DNA from: Ascidiella aspersa
Lineage: Eukaryota
Assembly (NCBI GenBank): GCA_963924565.1
Contig: OZ004614.1
Location: forward strand, 23,188,001-23,252,000
Length of the DNA stretch: 64,000 bases
Direction of reading: 5' to 3'
The notes under the pieces were generated by a model. That model did not search any database, was not told the origin of the DNA, and saw only the letters and a list, made by a program, of their open reading frames with translations. Below are positions 1-11,545 of the stretch, piece by piece. The position numbers were made by a program, and so were the translations under genes. The first letter of the stretch is position 1; every line of letters starts with the position of its first letter.

Positions 1-34
1 GATTTTTAAGTGGTTAGTAAAAACCTTAACTCAA

Positions 35-78
35 GATTAACTGATGATAATACAAGTGCGTATCGAAACTTCTTTATC
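35..78 (+). ncRNA. Hammerhead ribozyme motif, family H2 (slightly degenerate)
   Basis: GATTAA CTGATGA T AATAC AAGTGC GTATC GAAAC TTC TTTATC. A homologous copy lies at 37993-38036 on the minus strand. Confidence 0.6.
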
Positions 79-678
79 AAGATGATGTCGATTTCCTCGA
101 CCTTTTTGGTTTTGACATTCATTATTAAGTTAACAAAATTTAATAACAATACTTGTAAAAAATAAAAAAATGCTGCAGCATTTTGATCCCTAAAAGATGT
201 GTAAAAACCCTAATGGACACACTTCATATACTGTCTATTTTGTTGCAACAATCAGACATCAAAAACACCCAAAACAAGATCTGCCAAATGTTCTAATTTA
301 TCGAAAAACGCGCATTCTCAAAATAGAGAATCTCAAAACTAGATTTATACGAATCAATGCAATAGAAGTGCAGTGGGAAATAAATAAAACCCAAAACATA
401 TTGCAAGATTTTGCAGCGTACATTGACACCACCATCATTGGTTAGTCTCAGTAAAAGTAGTTATGCAACCTGACCAATTTCGTGTTTAACAAATCTGCCA
501 CATACATACAAATTATTACATATTGCAGTTTCAGACAACAAAACAAATCTCGCCAATGCCTATCCTATAAAAATGCAGGGAATACGCTACAGACAGGCAA
601 ATAAAAACGTACATTAGTTTTTCCTGACCAATTAGTTCTTGATTTATCCTATTTATGAAAATAAAAAAGAGTCTAAAT

Positions 679-876
679 CAGTGGTTCCTAATCTTTTTAG
701 TCCCACAACCCTTTAAAAAAATACTTTTCTTAACTGTTGCAAACTTTAAAATTTGCTGACAAATGGGATCAAAATGCTTTAACAATAAATGCCGCATTTA
801 ATAAATATTGCCTCACATTAAAAAAATATTCTTGTCAATCTCCAGGGTATTAGCGGGCCCTGGTTGGGAACTACTG
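679..876. mobile_element. hAT (Charlie-like) MITE
   Basis: TIRs CAGTGGTTCCTAA / TTGGGAACTACTG; 8-bp TSD GTCTAAAT / GTCTAAAC. Confidence 0.8.
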
Positions 877-1219
877 GTCTAAACTCTAAAGAAGTAGCAA
901 TTGTAAATCATTTTTTAATAATTATAACCAGCGCTGTGAACAAGTCATTTTACAATTGTCCAAATTCAAGCAATTTGTGAAATAACTGGTCCAAGCGAAG
1001 TCATTTGTCCAAAAGACTTAAGTCAAGTGAAGCCATTTGTCCAAAATACTTAGTTCAAATCAAGTCATTTAAACATAGTGACCTAAGTGCACTTTAGTCA
1101 GGTTCATTGGGTCATTCAGTTAGGTATTACAACACTGATTTTAACAGAAGTCGAAATTAAAATCAACGTGAACCCGCTAAAAAATCAGTTCTAAAAACAG
1201 CAACATCACGGAAACTCAC

Positions 1220-1241
1220 CGGACTGAAGCGTCTTCGGCAT
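1220..1241 (-). CDS. Candidate short alternative first coding exon (MPKTLQS, phase 1)
   Basis: ATG at 1241 and a consensus donor CCG|GTGAGT. Same phase (1) as the end of exon 4. Lies downstream of GC-rich unique sequence (1250-1560). Confidence 0.4.
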
Positions 1242-2866
1242 ACTTTCTTCACAAGCGCGCGCAGAGTTAAAAAAATATCCCAAAACGTGTTGTTCACGGT
1301 CCAAGTTGTCGGCCTTGACACAATAACAACAAGACGAACGTTGTGGGTCGATCACGGAAGCCAGAACAAGTCTCTTCCGCACAGTTTGACTCGCTTATGG
1401 CAACGAGGCGCGCGTGCCGTTTCGCTGATGGTGCAACGCGATTTGGCCAGGTTTAAAGGCCATTCTAAAGGGGCCAGGCACCCTTTTGGGGCCTCTGTGC
1501 TGTTTACTGTTGGCCAGGCCTCGAAGAGCGATGTTTTTGGCCATTTGAACGGTTATTTGCGGTGCTGCTTGTTTTTTTGTAATTTACCAAGGCGTTTTAA
1601 GCTAACCCGACCCAATTTTTTACGCCGTATATTCCAGATATTTCCCTTGATCTAAGCTCTGCAAGAACTTGTGGTTATTCATTTTGATGAAACCTAAAGA
1701 TACTGGTAGAAGTTACGATTTAAATGAAAGAAAAAATTAGATTTTTAGGGTAAAAAAAGTATAAAAAATACATTCAAACTATAAAAAGAAACACTTTCCT
1801 CCTTGGGCCGTAAAAGATATATTTAGGATGTTTCCAACCGCCTTTGCAAACTGGCAAGAGGATTGAAATCCGCAAAGTGACAAATTATAAAAAAAATGCT
1901 TTGGAGCATAATAGTTGGAGATTGTAGTAAGACGTATTAAGAATATCAAAGCCATACATAAGTAGGTAGCACTTTGAACGTTTCGGAATTTTCTATATTC
2001 ATTTTTAACATCAAGAGATATTCGAAAAGTTCAAAATGTTACCCTCCTTTAAATAATTTTTTTTTTCAAATCGCCAATTTAGCCCTGGCCAAGGTTGCAA
2101 AAAGGCCCAAAGGGAGCCTTTCCACTTAAATCGGGGCCAGTTTAAGGCCTATTAGAAACAAAACAGGGCCACAGGGCCAAAGCTTGGTCCGGATGTGTGC
2201 GTACTTCAGAGCGCATTCTCTGTGATTACAGCGCGGTACTCGGCTGGGCAGCAACGCGTGTACAGACTATAGACGGCGGCACACATAGCTGCGTTAAGCG
2301 GCCGGCGGAACGCTCACAAAGGGCGTCGGCATTCTTCCCAGCGGCTACAGTAACCTCGAATGCTATTTTGCCCGGCTCTGATATGCGCCGCGAACCTTTA
2401 GTCGCCGCCGCAGACGAAACGCCTGCGATCCAGTTTTATCGACAATATTTGCGGTACAAACACCAGTTGCCCCCGCTAAGTGGGTCGCGCCTGGGTTCCA
2501 GCCCCCCCCTGCCCCCCGCAACCCCCTACACACGTCAATCAAGCGCCTGTTCACGTCACAATTGCAAGAAATAAAGCGCCTGAGGGGAGATTTTTGATCG
2601 AAAAATCGTGAAAATCGAAAATGGAACGAAGGATCGTTTTTGACGGACCGCCGGCCAAGCGGCAAAGTTTGCAAACAAGGCAAGGGTTCCTTCTGCAGCT
2701 CTATATTGCCATTCAAAGGCCCAAATCGTCAATTCCGATCGTGTTTGGCGGCTACAAAGGAAATTGCTGCGTTCCTATCGTTGCAAGCAATATTTTTTAA
2801 AAGATTTTTTCAATTTGAAAAATGGTAATTCGGCGGCTCTATTAAAAGACAAATTGTATTGAATTG

Positions 2867-2902
2867 CCGACAAGCTTTGGCGCAACCGTGATTCATCAGA
2901 AA
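2867..2902 (-). ncRNA. Degenerate hammerhead copy, family H1 (GAAA>CAAA)
   Basis: CTGATGAATCACGGTTGCGCCAAAGCTTGTCGGCAATTCAATAC is near-identical to 27878-27921, including the 3' flank. Confidence 0.6.
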
Positions 2903-4214
2903 CACGTTACTTCTAAAATTGTTTCTTCCGGCAATATTTTCTCATGATGAAACAATTTTACCATTGATACAATGCCTTGCAGCAACAGTACACACACTTA
3001 AGACGTTAAGAAGCAAATAACGGAATCCTGACTTTTTAAAAACAATTCAACGAAAAACGAGTTGTGGTGTTTAGTCAGTTATCGGCCAGATAAACGTATA
3101 CACCAGTTTCTCGCTTGTTTACTAATAAAAGTGTTCCTATCGGTGCCTGTCAGATACTAAGTTAGTTTGTATCAGCCATGATTTGCAGTCCAACGCAGCG
3201 ACTCTCTTTCGAAAGTTAAACATTTATCCAAAAAGAAAGGCATCGTCTGTCCTATTCAAGATAAAATTACGACATGTACATCACACAGCGCATTACAGGC
3301 ACGTAGAAAAATCATCGATCACTGCACAAGGCGTTGTTAAATCTTCTATGTGAGACATCTGTTCTTACACCAGATGAACTACTGTTGACCTGTGTGTTGT
3401 TTGTTGTGTATAAATTTGTTTTGCAATAAATATTTGTGTGTACTTGGAATTGAATCGCAAACTTCGAATTGAATCGCAAAGCGTGCAGTTGACTCAATGT
3501 ACCTTACAGTATTTCGCTGCATCGTGGAACGAACAGGTGTAATTTTCTTTGTTAACTTTCTACTGCGTTCTATAGTTTGTTTCAAACAAATAAAAATCTA
3601 TCTTTCGATCTAAGCACGAAGTTTCAGATCCAAAAACTCGAGTCGCGAAATACGCACGAAAACGATTTTTTTACAAACTTGCACAATAGGTTTAATTTAC
3701 CGTGTTGGAATTTTTCGGGCGGCGCTACAAAGTTAGTCAAATTTAAACAGCCGTCTGTCCTTTTTGTCAAGTTCAAACCGCAACGCTGTATAGTATTTCA
3801 ATGTTAAATAGCCAGTCTGTAAGGTTCATCGCAAACTGCACGTTCGTTTTCACAGGGTCGTGTACATCGGTTTTCAATGTATAGCCACAACATTATACGC
3901 GAGTGGTATTTAGGCCCGAAAGAGCATGTTTGCCTATTCAATTTCGACCTTTTGTGGGATAGCTTGCTCAAACCCGCTAATTAAACGGCGTTCATCTTTT
4001 CTTAACGCTCATTTTTACCTGAGGATGTCCGAACCGATACCTGATTCCAATTTCGCATTTCTCCAATAGGTTACACTTCAACGCAATTTCTTATGCTTAA
4101 AAAAGTTCATGAAAAATGAACAAATAAAAGGTGAAGTCTACTCTAAGATAACCATAAAGCTACTCAAACACCCCAAAATATGTTTCAAATAGCTTCGTCT
4201 GGCATATATTTCTT

Positions 4215-4261
4215 CAACCAACGTTTCGGCTTACTATACGGCAAGCCTTCGTCAGGGACTG
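4215..4261 (-). ncRNA. Minimal type I hammerhead ribozyme motif, core intact (family H3)
   Basis: CAGTCC CTGACGA A GGCTTGC CGTATA GTAAGCC GAAAC GTT GGTTG. Stem II is 7 bp, stem III is palindromic ACGT, cleavage triplet GUU. Confidence 0.75.
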
Positions 4262-7200
4262 ACACACACAGCCAACAGGACGCAAAATAAAATGACACAG
4301 AGAAAAGGGAGATAAAAATATATAAAAATAAAAATACCCCAAAATATGTTATTTTGGTCAAAAACGTCAACTTAGTATTTTTTTCATTTTTTATAGGTTT
4401 TCTTTCAAGCATAGGAATGACATCATTTGGTATTATATCGTACATATAAGTATTAGTCAGATGCATTAATAGCCTAACAGGTTAATAAAACAAAGCAAAC
4501 TAGAATAAATAAAACATAAAATCATACAATTGTAGTGACATCCAACATATAATTTATTTTTGATATGTCTTTTAAGCGAGATATGTCTTTTAAGATGTTT
4601 TTAGTGTCTAAACTGAATTGCTATAGCTTTGGTAGAGTATTCAGCTGTTACTAATCAGGAATTAAGGCGACATTTGTCTTGCAAGGGTCAAGGTGATTTC
4701 CAGTATCACATATTCAGTTCAACATAGATTACTGAGTATATAGTTTCACAGCGGTTGGCCAGAGTCGACACAGGACCCACAGGTGCACCGAGAAATTACT
4801 TCTCCAAATGTTTTGCCTCTTTCTAGTTTCTGGCGTCGGCTTAATGATCCCGAACTGATAAGACTTGAGTAATGCTTTCTGGGGAGACGCGTCGCGCCAA
4901 TTGTTGCAATCGACAACATAGTGGCCAAACTGTGCTCGTTAGTCACTAGATTTGCTGGGTTTAGCCTGATCTTTCAGCTGGGTGCTTTTTTCTATATGTT
5001 GTGAGATTTTTCTTTGTCGAGGTTATGTTTTAAGGCAATGAGGACAACAGGCAAAAATGATTTTTAATTATCCAGGTTTAATGAAAAAAATAGAGTAAAA
5101 TATGTTTTTTGTGGCAGTTATTGATCAGATATGGTTGTATTTATCGGCATCCATATTTAAGAAATTAAAAAAAAATATTTCGAAGATTTGATTTAAATTT
5201 TTATGTAGTTAATAATGCTTTTTTCAAATGGTTAAATTATGTCTTAAGCTCATACAGAAGTATATAGGTGGCATATGTTGAGGGTTTTAAATAAATCTTA
5301 AGATAATAGTTTGAGATTGTAGTAAGACGTAGTAAGAATATCAAAGCCTATATAGCAGTAAGTATCATTTTGAACGCTTGAATACCTCTTTACTTATTTT
5401 CAACCTTGTTACGAAAGAATTAATCAAAACGTCAAGAAAAAGATATTTTCCTGGCAATGACTAACCGGACAATAATAACGGTAATCTTTAAAATATTTCC
5501 CCGTCGACCATCTGGGGCGCTTTGGCATACGCGAGGGGGGAAGTAGGGGGGGCATTTGTGTGGGGGGTAAACAACTTCTCGGCGGTCGGCTATTTGAACG
5601 TAATCGAACGACAGGCCGTATACGCGCATCGCTGGATACTTTCCAGACCGTTTAAGCCCGGTTTTCTCGTTCAAATATTGACTCACCAGCGGTGTGCTGA
5701 CCACAAGGCGCTGTGTGCATTTCGAGTAACGTGATTCAGGGAAGCGATAAAAACGTCCATCAGAGCATTTGTTTTTTGTTGTCCGATCCAAAGGGCGGAC
5801 GGGTTTGTTGCTTTGAGAGGCAATAGGTTATTTATTTTATATGGGTAAAGGGGGTAGTAAAGAAAGCAGTGTTGTAATCATGTCATTTTGAAATGACTTA
5901 TAGTACCAGTCAAATATTTTGCAAAATGACTAAAGTCCTATTGTCAAATGATTTGCAAAATAACTAAAGTCCTATTGTCGAATAATTTGCAAAATTACTG
6001 CAGTCCAATAGTCAAATAATTTGCAAAATGACTGCAGTCTCATAGTCAAATAATATGCAAAATGACTCCTAGTAAAGTCATTTAAAAAAAAATATTGACC
6101 GTATTTTTATCTTAACTAATTCTAAGTTACGTAATGAGTGAAGTCCGTGTTTAAATTGGTAATGATTTTGAAGAATAATGGTTGGAAGTTAAAGTTAGAC
6201 GTATAGTAAGAGTCTTAGCCCAGCACACACAAAAATAGGTAACGTTATAAACATTTCGAATATCTTTTCATTAATTTTCAACATGGTCTGGACGAAGCGC
6301 TACATAAATCCAACGTCCATCGGTTAAGCACAATTTCTTCAATTCGAACCAATCTAAGTGCCATTGGCGGCGCGAACGAAGCGGAAACTTACGATAACAG
6401 GCGACTCGTCAGCAAGTCAAACATAAGGAACGCGGCATGTGTGCCAACTGTCGCCTCGTCCACTCAAACGATACTCTTTAATAGCTGCGGTGACGAGGTT
6501 GAAAAAGCCGGCACGACAAACATTGTAAAATCTTGCTCGAGATTAGAAGACTGGTGACATCAGCAGGTCGTTTTTTTTGCACTAGGGTCAATGTATGTGT
6601 TAACAGCGACGTACAAGACAACGCAGGGACTGAGATGTTCCAGTGTAACGATATACAGAATAAAAGTAATTTTGAAACGAATGGTTCGTTTATGGACACA
6701 TTTGTTTATGGCTGTGGATATATGAGATTGGAATTTGGCTATAAATTTATTTTGGAACCACCATATACATGTGCAAAAATTAAAAATAAAATAGACGGTC
6801 AATTGGAAATAAAAGAGAAGGTAAAAAATTACAATCGAAGGATAATTTTAGCTACAAAAAAAAAAAAAAAAAAAAACTGGTTGTAAACAAGTGATTTTAA
6901 AATGACTCAAGTCCAAGTCAAGTCCTTTGCATAAATCAATTTAAGTCAAGTCATTTGAAAACATTGGTTTAAGTGCAACTTACAAAAGTCATTATAACAA
7001 TGCAAAATTGCTTTAAAAAGTAGTATATTCGCATGAAATGTTGTACCATCATTCTGTGCAAACCTAAAAAACCGAAAACATTTTTTTTGTCTGCAGAAAA
7101 CCTAAGTACGAACGAATTGAAAAGCTGAAAAACAACCAAAGCCACACAATCGAAATGGACTTAGGAGTTGGACAGCAAAAAAAGGAAAAAATGTCATCTC

Positions 7201-9717
7201 TCGGGCGGTAAAACAGTTAAGCGGAAAACGAATTAGACGTAACGCTTTCAGAATTCCTCTGCCGACAATGAAGGCATGCAAAGTGGCGCTTAGAGGTTCG
7301 AACTTGGACGAAATTACGACGTTTAGTTCGTCGTAAGGCCGCAATTTCGCGCGACAGGTGGCAATTTCGCAAGCGGAGGAATATGTCGCACAGCTGCCAT
7401 TATGACGCCGACGCTCAAGGCGTGATTACATGGTAGCTGGGAAAAACGCCACAAAATGACGGAAAACGTTTAAACCTGGACGCTTTTTTTTGTAAAGAAA
7501 TTCGCGAAATTAAAATTGGGGTTTGTTTTAGACCAGACATTATTTTTGCATCGGGTTATCACTGTCGGAAAGATGACATATAGCAGCGGACTTTGAAACA
7601 TTGGGTATTTACAAAAATGTATCGGATATATTTTTATAACATAACTTTTTCTGCACACATTATGTATATCGTTTTTTTTTTTTTTTTTTTTTTTCAAGTA
7701 CTGATCAAAAAAAGTTATCGTTGTGGCGTTATTTCGCTTGTTTCCGGTCTTTTAAAACTTAGGGTCTTTATTATTCTAAGCAAGCGAAAGGGAACCGTCA
7801 GGTTGAAAAGGCAGAGAAGCACTGTTATAGACCCTTTTGTAAACCTAATTATAAATTATAACATACGTTTAAATAAAAATAATCATTCGACAGCTTATAG
7901 ATTAGGCAGTTTGCATGAGCACTTGAAAAAAAAAGAAAAATTAGTTAAAAAATTTTTGACGAGTTCAAGAATTTTTCAGGAAGCCTATGAAAAATAAATT
8001 CCAAAAAAGATATAATAAAAAAATTCCTTACAAAAAAAAAATGCGAATATCACTCAGCCTTTTTTCCCCTCTAGATGTTTAACCCAAGGCTCGTAATCGG
8101 AATTAAGCGATTTTTTAAGACTTAGGACGCAATTAGCGTCGTCGTGACACAGCCAATTGGATCAGTGTCGCCCGTGAACCGATTTCACGCCTGTTTCTTG
8201 CCGTCTCGTCTCGTTTGTCGCCTGCAGTTAGCGCTGGGCGTTTGAGGTGATCCGTAATTGCCCGAGACAGATTGAATAAGAGAGAATCAATCTGATCGCG
8301 GTTTTCGTGCGACTGGGAGGGGGCGTTTTTTTGGCCGATTTTTTTTTATTGGAGCATCTAGGTGTTTTTTTTTTCATTTGTTTTAAAACACACTGGTGAA
8401 AAGCAACGGGGCTGAAACACTTTTTTATAAAATAAATTTAAATTAGGCAACATCTTGAACGTTTCGGATATCTCTATATTCATTTTAAAGATTTCTTTTT
8501 TTAGTTAAAAATTATTATTTATTTTACTTCATTTGTTTGTTGAAAATAAATAAAGAGGTTTTTGAAACGTTCAAAATGGTACCTAATGCTATATGGGCTG
8601 ATTTGTTTTTTTTGTTTTGTTTTTATTAGAGCATCTAGGTGTTTTATTTGTTTTAAAACACTGGTGTAAATGAAACACGTGGTTGACACATGTTTTTAAA
8701 AAATAAACTAAAAAAAGTTGGTTAAACTTGGAACGTTTCGGATTTTTTTTTACTTTATTTGCTTTTTATTGTTTAAAAATGAATGAAGAGAAATGTTACC
8801 TTATTCTATATTTGATATTCCTATTGCGTCTAACTAAAACCTCTAGCAATTAAGCTTCGAAATTCAAAGACATTTTAAGTTTTTAAAATAAGTTCAAAAA
8901 CAAATTCAGCAATGATTTGTTTTAAATGCGAACTATTATCAAAACAAGAACTTTAATTTCCCGGTAAAATATTTGTCATTTAAGTCTATTCCTACGAATC
9001 AAGCCAAGTTCAATTTCACGCCCTTGACCTCCAATTACCAATTTCAAGCCAGCATTTAAAATCGCCAAATTAACTCGATTTCAAGTAAATTGCCGTGTCA
9101 TCTAAATACAAAACAAGTCTCAAGTCTGCACGGCACATGGTCCACTTGATGTCATCAAGGCACAAATACATTACAGCCTCTTAACAACAAAGACTGGGGT
9201 CACGGAGTCGACAGAAGTCATCAAAACGGTTAAAATTACTGGAAACTGGTTTTGAGTCTTTAATTAGAATTGAATTCGATCCGAAAAAATTGCCATAAAT
9301 CATTTAAAACTGCCTTAAATATTTGTAAAACTGCTTTTGATATTCAATGTTTGAGTTACATTTGAAAAAATCCGACCAAAATAATCAAAAACAGGTTTGT
9401 ATCCTTAAAGCTTGGGTAAATCTTTTAAAATTGTCTAAAATCACAAAAAAATGCTTTGAAAAGATAAAAAAAAACTTGTATTTGGCATTAAACATAGCTT
9501 AAATCATTACAAACGAACATTTCCATTGATATCTGTCGAGAAGTGAAAGCATTCAAACAAAACACGAACCACATGCGCAGCTAATTTAATTCAAAAAGGC
9601 TGACAGATTTGGCCGATCGTAAACAAAAGGACTGCAGATTTTGAGCACACCTGGCGGCCCGACAGCTTACAACGCACAACAGACCCAGAGGGAGATAAAC
9701 ATACGTACGCTCTACGG

Positions 9718-10351
9718 CAGTGCGCTTTAACCTTTTTTGATTTGTTGAACCCTTAAACTTGTTGTGACAAACTCATGGAACCTGTTCACTTGAAATGTAA
9801 ACTGAGGTAAAAAGCGATATGAAAAATCATTATGCTCATAACAATATCATCATGTCAATTAAACCGAGCGGAGCTGCCGAAGTTTTACATACTATCGGTG
9901 AGAGTTTGATTATGGCTGCAGGCCGCTTGCGAGTGCTATTGCATGTCATAAAACCCCGTTCAAACAAAATTTGAGCAAATAGCAGAGAGACTTTTAAATG
10001 ACTGTTTTGTCATTAAAAATGTCGGCGCTGGTCTAGAATCCTACCACAGTTCTAAAATCAACGCACAAAATTTGAGTTAGGATGCGGGTTAGCGTTTGGG
10101 TGTGGGTGGGTCAAGTAATATTATATTCCTAATTTAATAATAATACTTGACCCACCTTAACCCAAACGCTAACACCAACCCTAACCCAAATGGTGTTTCG
10201 TTGTGGTAGGATTCTAGACCAGCGCCAAAATGTCAAATATTAATGGTTCATTAAAAGTTTGTGATGCACCCTTGTATACCTTTTCGTACTGGTGCACCCC
10301 ATGCATATTTTGATGCACCTGAGCACCGTGCACACCGGTTGAAGAGCACTG
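9718..10351. mobile_element. hAT (Charlie-like) MITE carrying a nested insertion
   Basis: TIRs CAGTGCGCTTTAACC / GGTTGAAGAGCACTG; 8-bp TSD CTCTACGG / CTCTAGGG. Confidence 0.8.
10024..10226. mobile_element. Palindromic MITE with GG termini and 8-bp TSD (Merlin-like), with internal telomere-like GGTTAG/CTAACC motifs
   Basis: Perfect 24-bp TIR GGCGCTGGTCTAGAATCCTACCAC; perfect TSD AAAATGTC (10016-10023 and 10227-10234). Confidence 0.85.
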
Positions 10352-11119
10352 CTCTAGGGCACTTGTATACGAGGTTAATAGCAGCTTAGCACCCCATATA
10401 CTGGGAAAACGTGAGCGCGTGGTTAAGTATGAAACTACCAACATCGTGTATTTTTACCCCCGAGCAATAACTCTTTACTGTGTCCTTTTATGTGCAATGT
10501 ATGCCATTTATCAATGTAAATATGCCGGAAGTGCCCCGAATGTTACGCTTTTTCGCGATGTTATCTTCTGTGCGAACATCCGAGCAATATTACGCTTTAA
10601 AAAGTTGGAATATAGCGATGCACAAAAGTAAATGGTCGTTAACCGCGTGAGAGCTTTTCCATTATAAATTGTTTTCCTTGTGCTTTTTTCTCCATTTTAT
10701 TTGTTAATTAAACAAAAAAGACTGTTAGCACCAGCCCCTCAAGCTAACAACATTGTAGCACATTTATCAACGCCTGACAAACTCTTCCGTGGCGCACACA
10801 AACACTGGTTAAAGCACGTCGTAGATCTGACGGCGAGATAGGCGGTTCGCCATTAGCTCCGCGCAAAGTTTTCCGACTTTTGTCGAAGCCGCAACCAGCT
10901 GTTACCATTTAAGGCCAGCGGTCGGGTGCTTTGCTGTTTGCAACTGCATGGTCGATTTGTTTGCTCTATAGTGCCGGTGTTGTAGTCAGTTAGTTGTGAA
11001 ATGACGTATGTACCAGTCAATTCATTTTAAAAATAACCAGAGTCAAAGTCAAGTGATTTTCAACAGATAACAATTCGAGTCCTAGACACAACACTTTTAC
11101 AGCAAGTCAAGTCAAAGCC

Positions 11120-11545
11120 AAAATACATATGGAAAATACATATACAAGCGTGTACAATAACTGTGATCTAGTCCCCTTAAAGTAACTTTTTGACCAACGT
11201 TAACGCCCTTCGCATCATAGTAAACCGGAAGTCTTATAACCGGAAGATAGACAAACCGAATCTGTCGATCAATGATGCAAGCAAGACAGGTTAGGAAAAC
11301 AACTATCCTTCGGTGAGGTTCGAACTCACGACCTCGGTCATACCGGGACCGTTGCTCTACCAACCGAGCTACACAAGCTCAGAGGGGAGCAAGTCGAGAA
11401 ACAACCATAGCACCGTTGCTTGGTGCACCCTGTTCGTAAAACTAGCCTGTGGTGAGGTTCGAACTCACGACCCCGGTCATACCGGGACCGTTGCTCTACC
11501 AAGTGAGCTACACAGGCTCAGAGAAAACCAAGTCGAGAAACAATA
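11120..11545 (-). mobile_element. tRNA-derived SINE-like element with two tandem tRNA-like heads plus 3' body
   Basis: Heads at ~11306-11378 and 11445-11517 carry A box (TAGCTC..TTGGTAGAGC) and B box (GTTCGAACC). The body is shared with 33420-33570, 46780-46900, 47320-47370 and 54945-55080. Confidence 0.8.

Noticed and set aside
4746-4946. Minus-strand 66-aa ORF as a host exon
   Set aside because: No convincing acceptor, and the best donor is phase 0, which does not fit the phase-1 requirement.
5900-6070. Regular ~32-bp repeats that superficially resemble a CRISPR array (also 38790-39060)
   Set aside because: Head-to-tail units with no unique spacers, no cas genes and a eukaryotic context; they belong to MITE family A.
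11445-11517. Functional tRNA gene (apparent GGT anticodon)
   Set aside because: No U33, an extra nucleotide before the anticodon stem, the loop differs between copies (GGT vs GGC), and it is attached to a dispersed repeat body.
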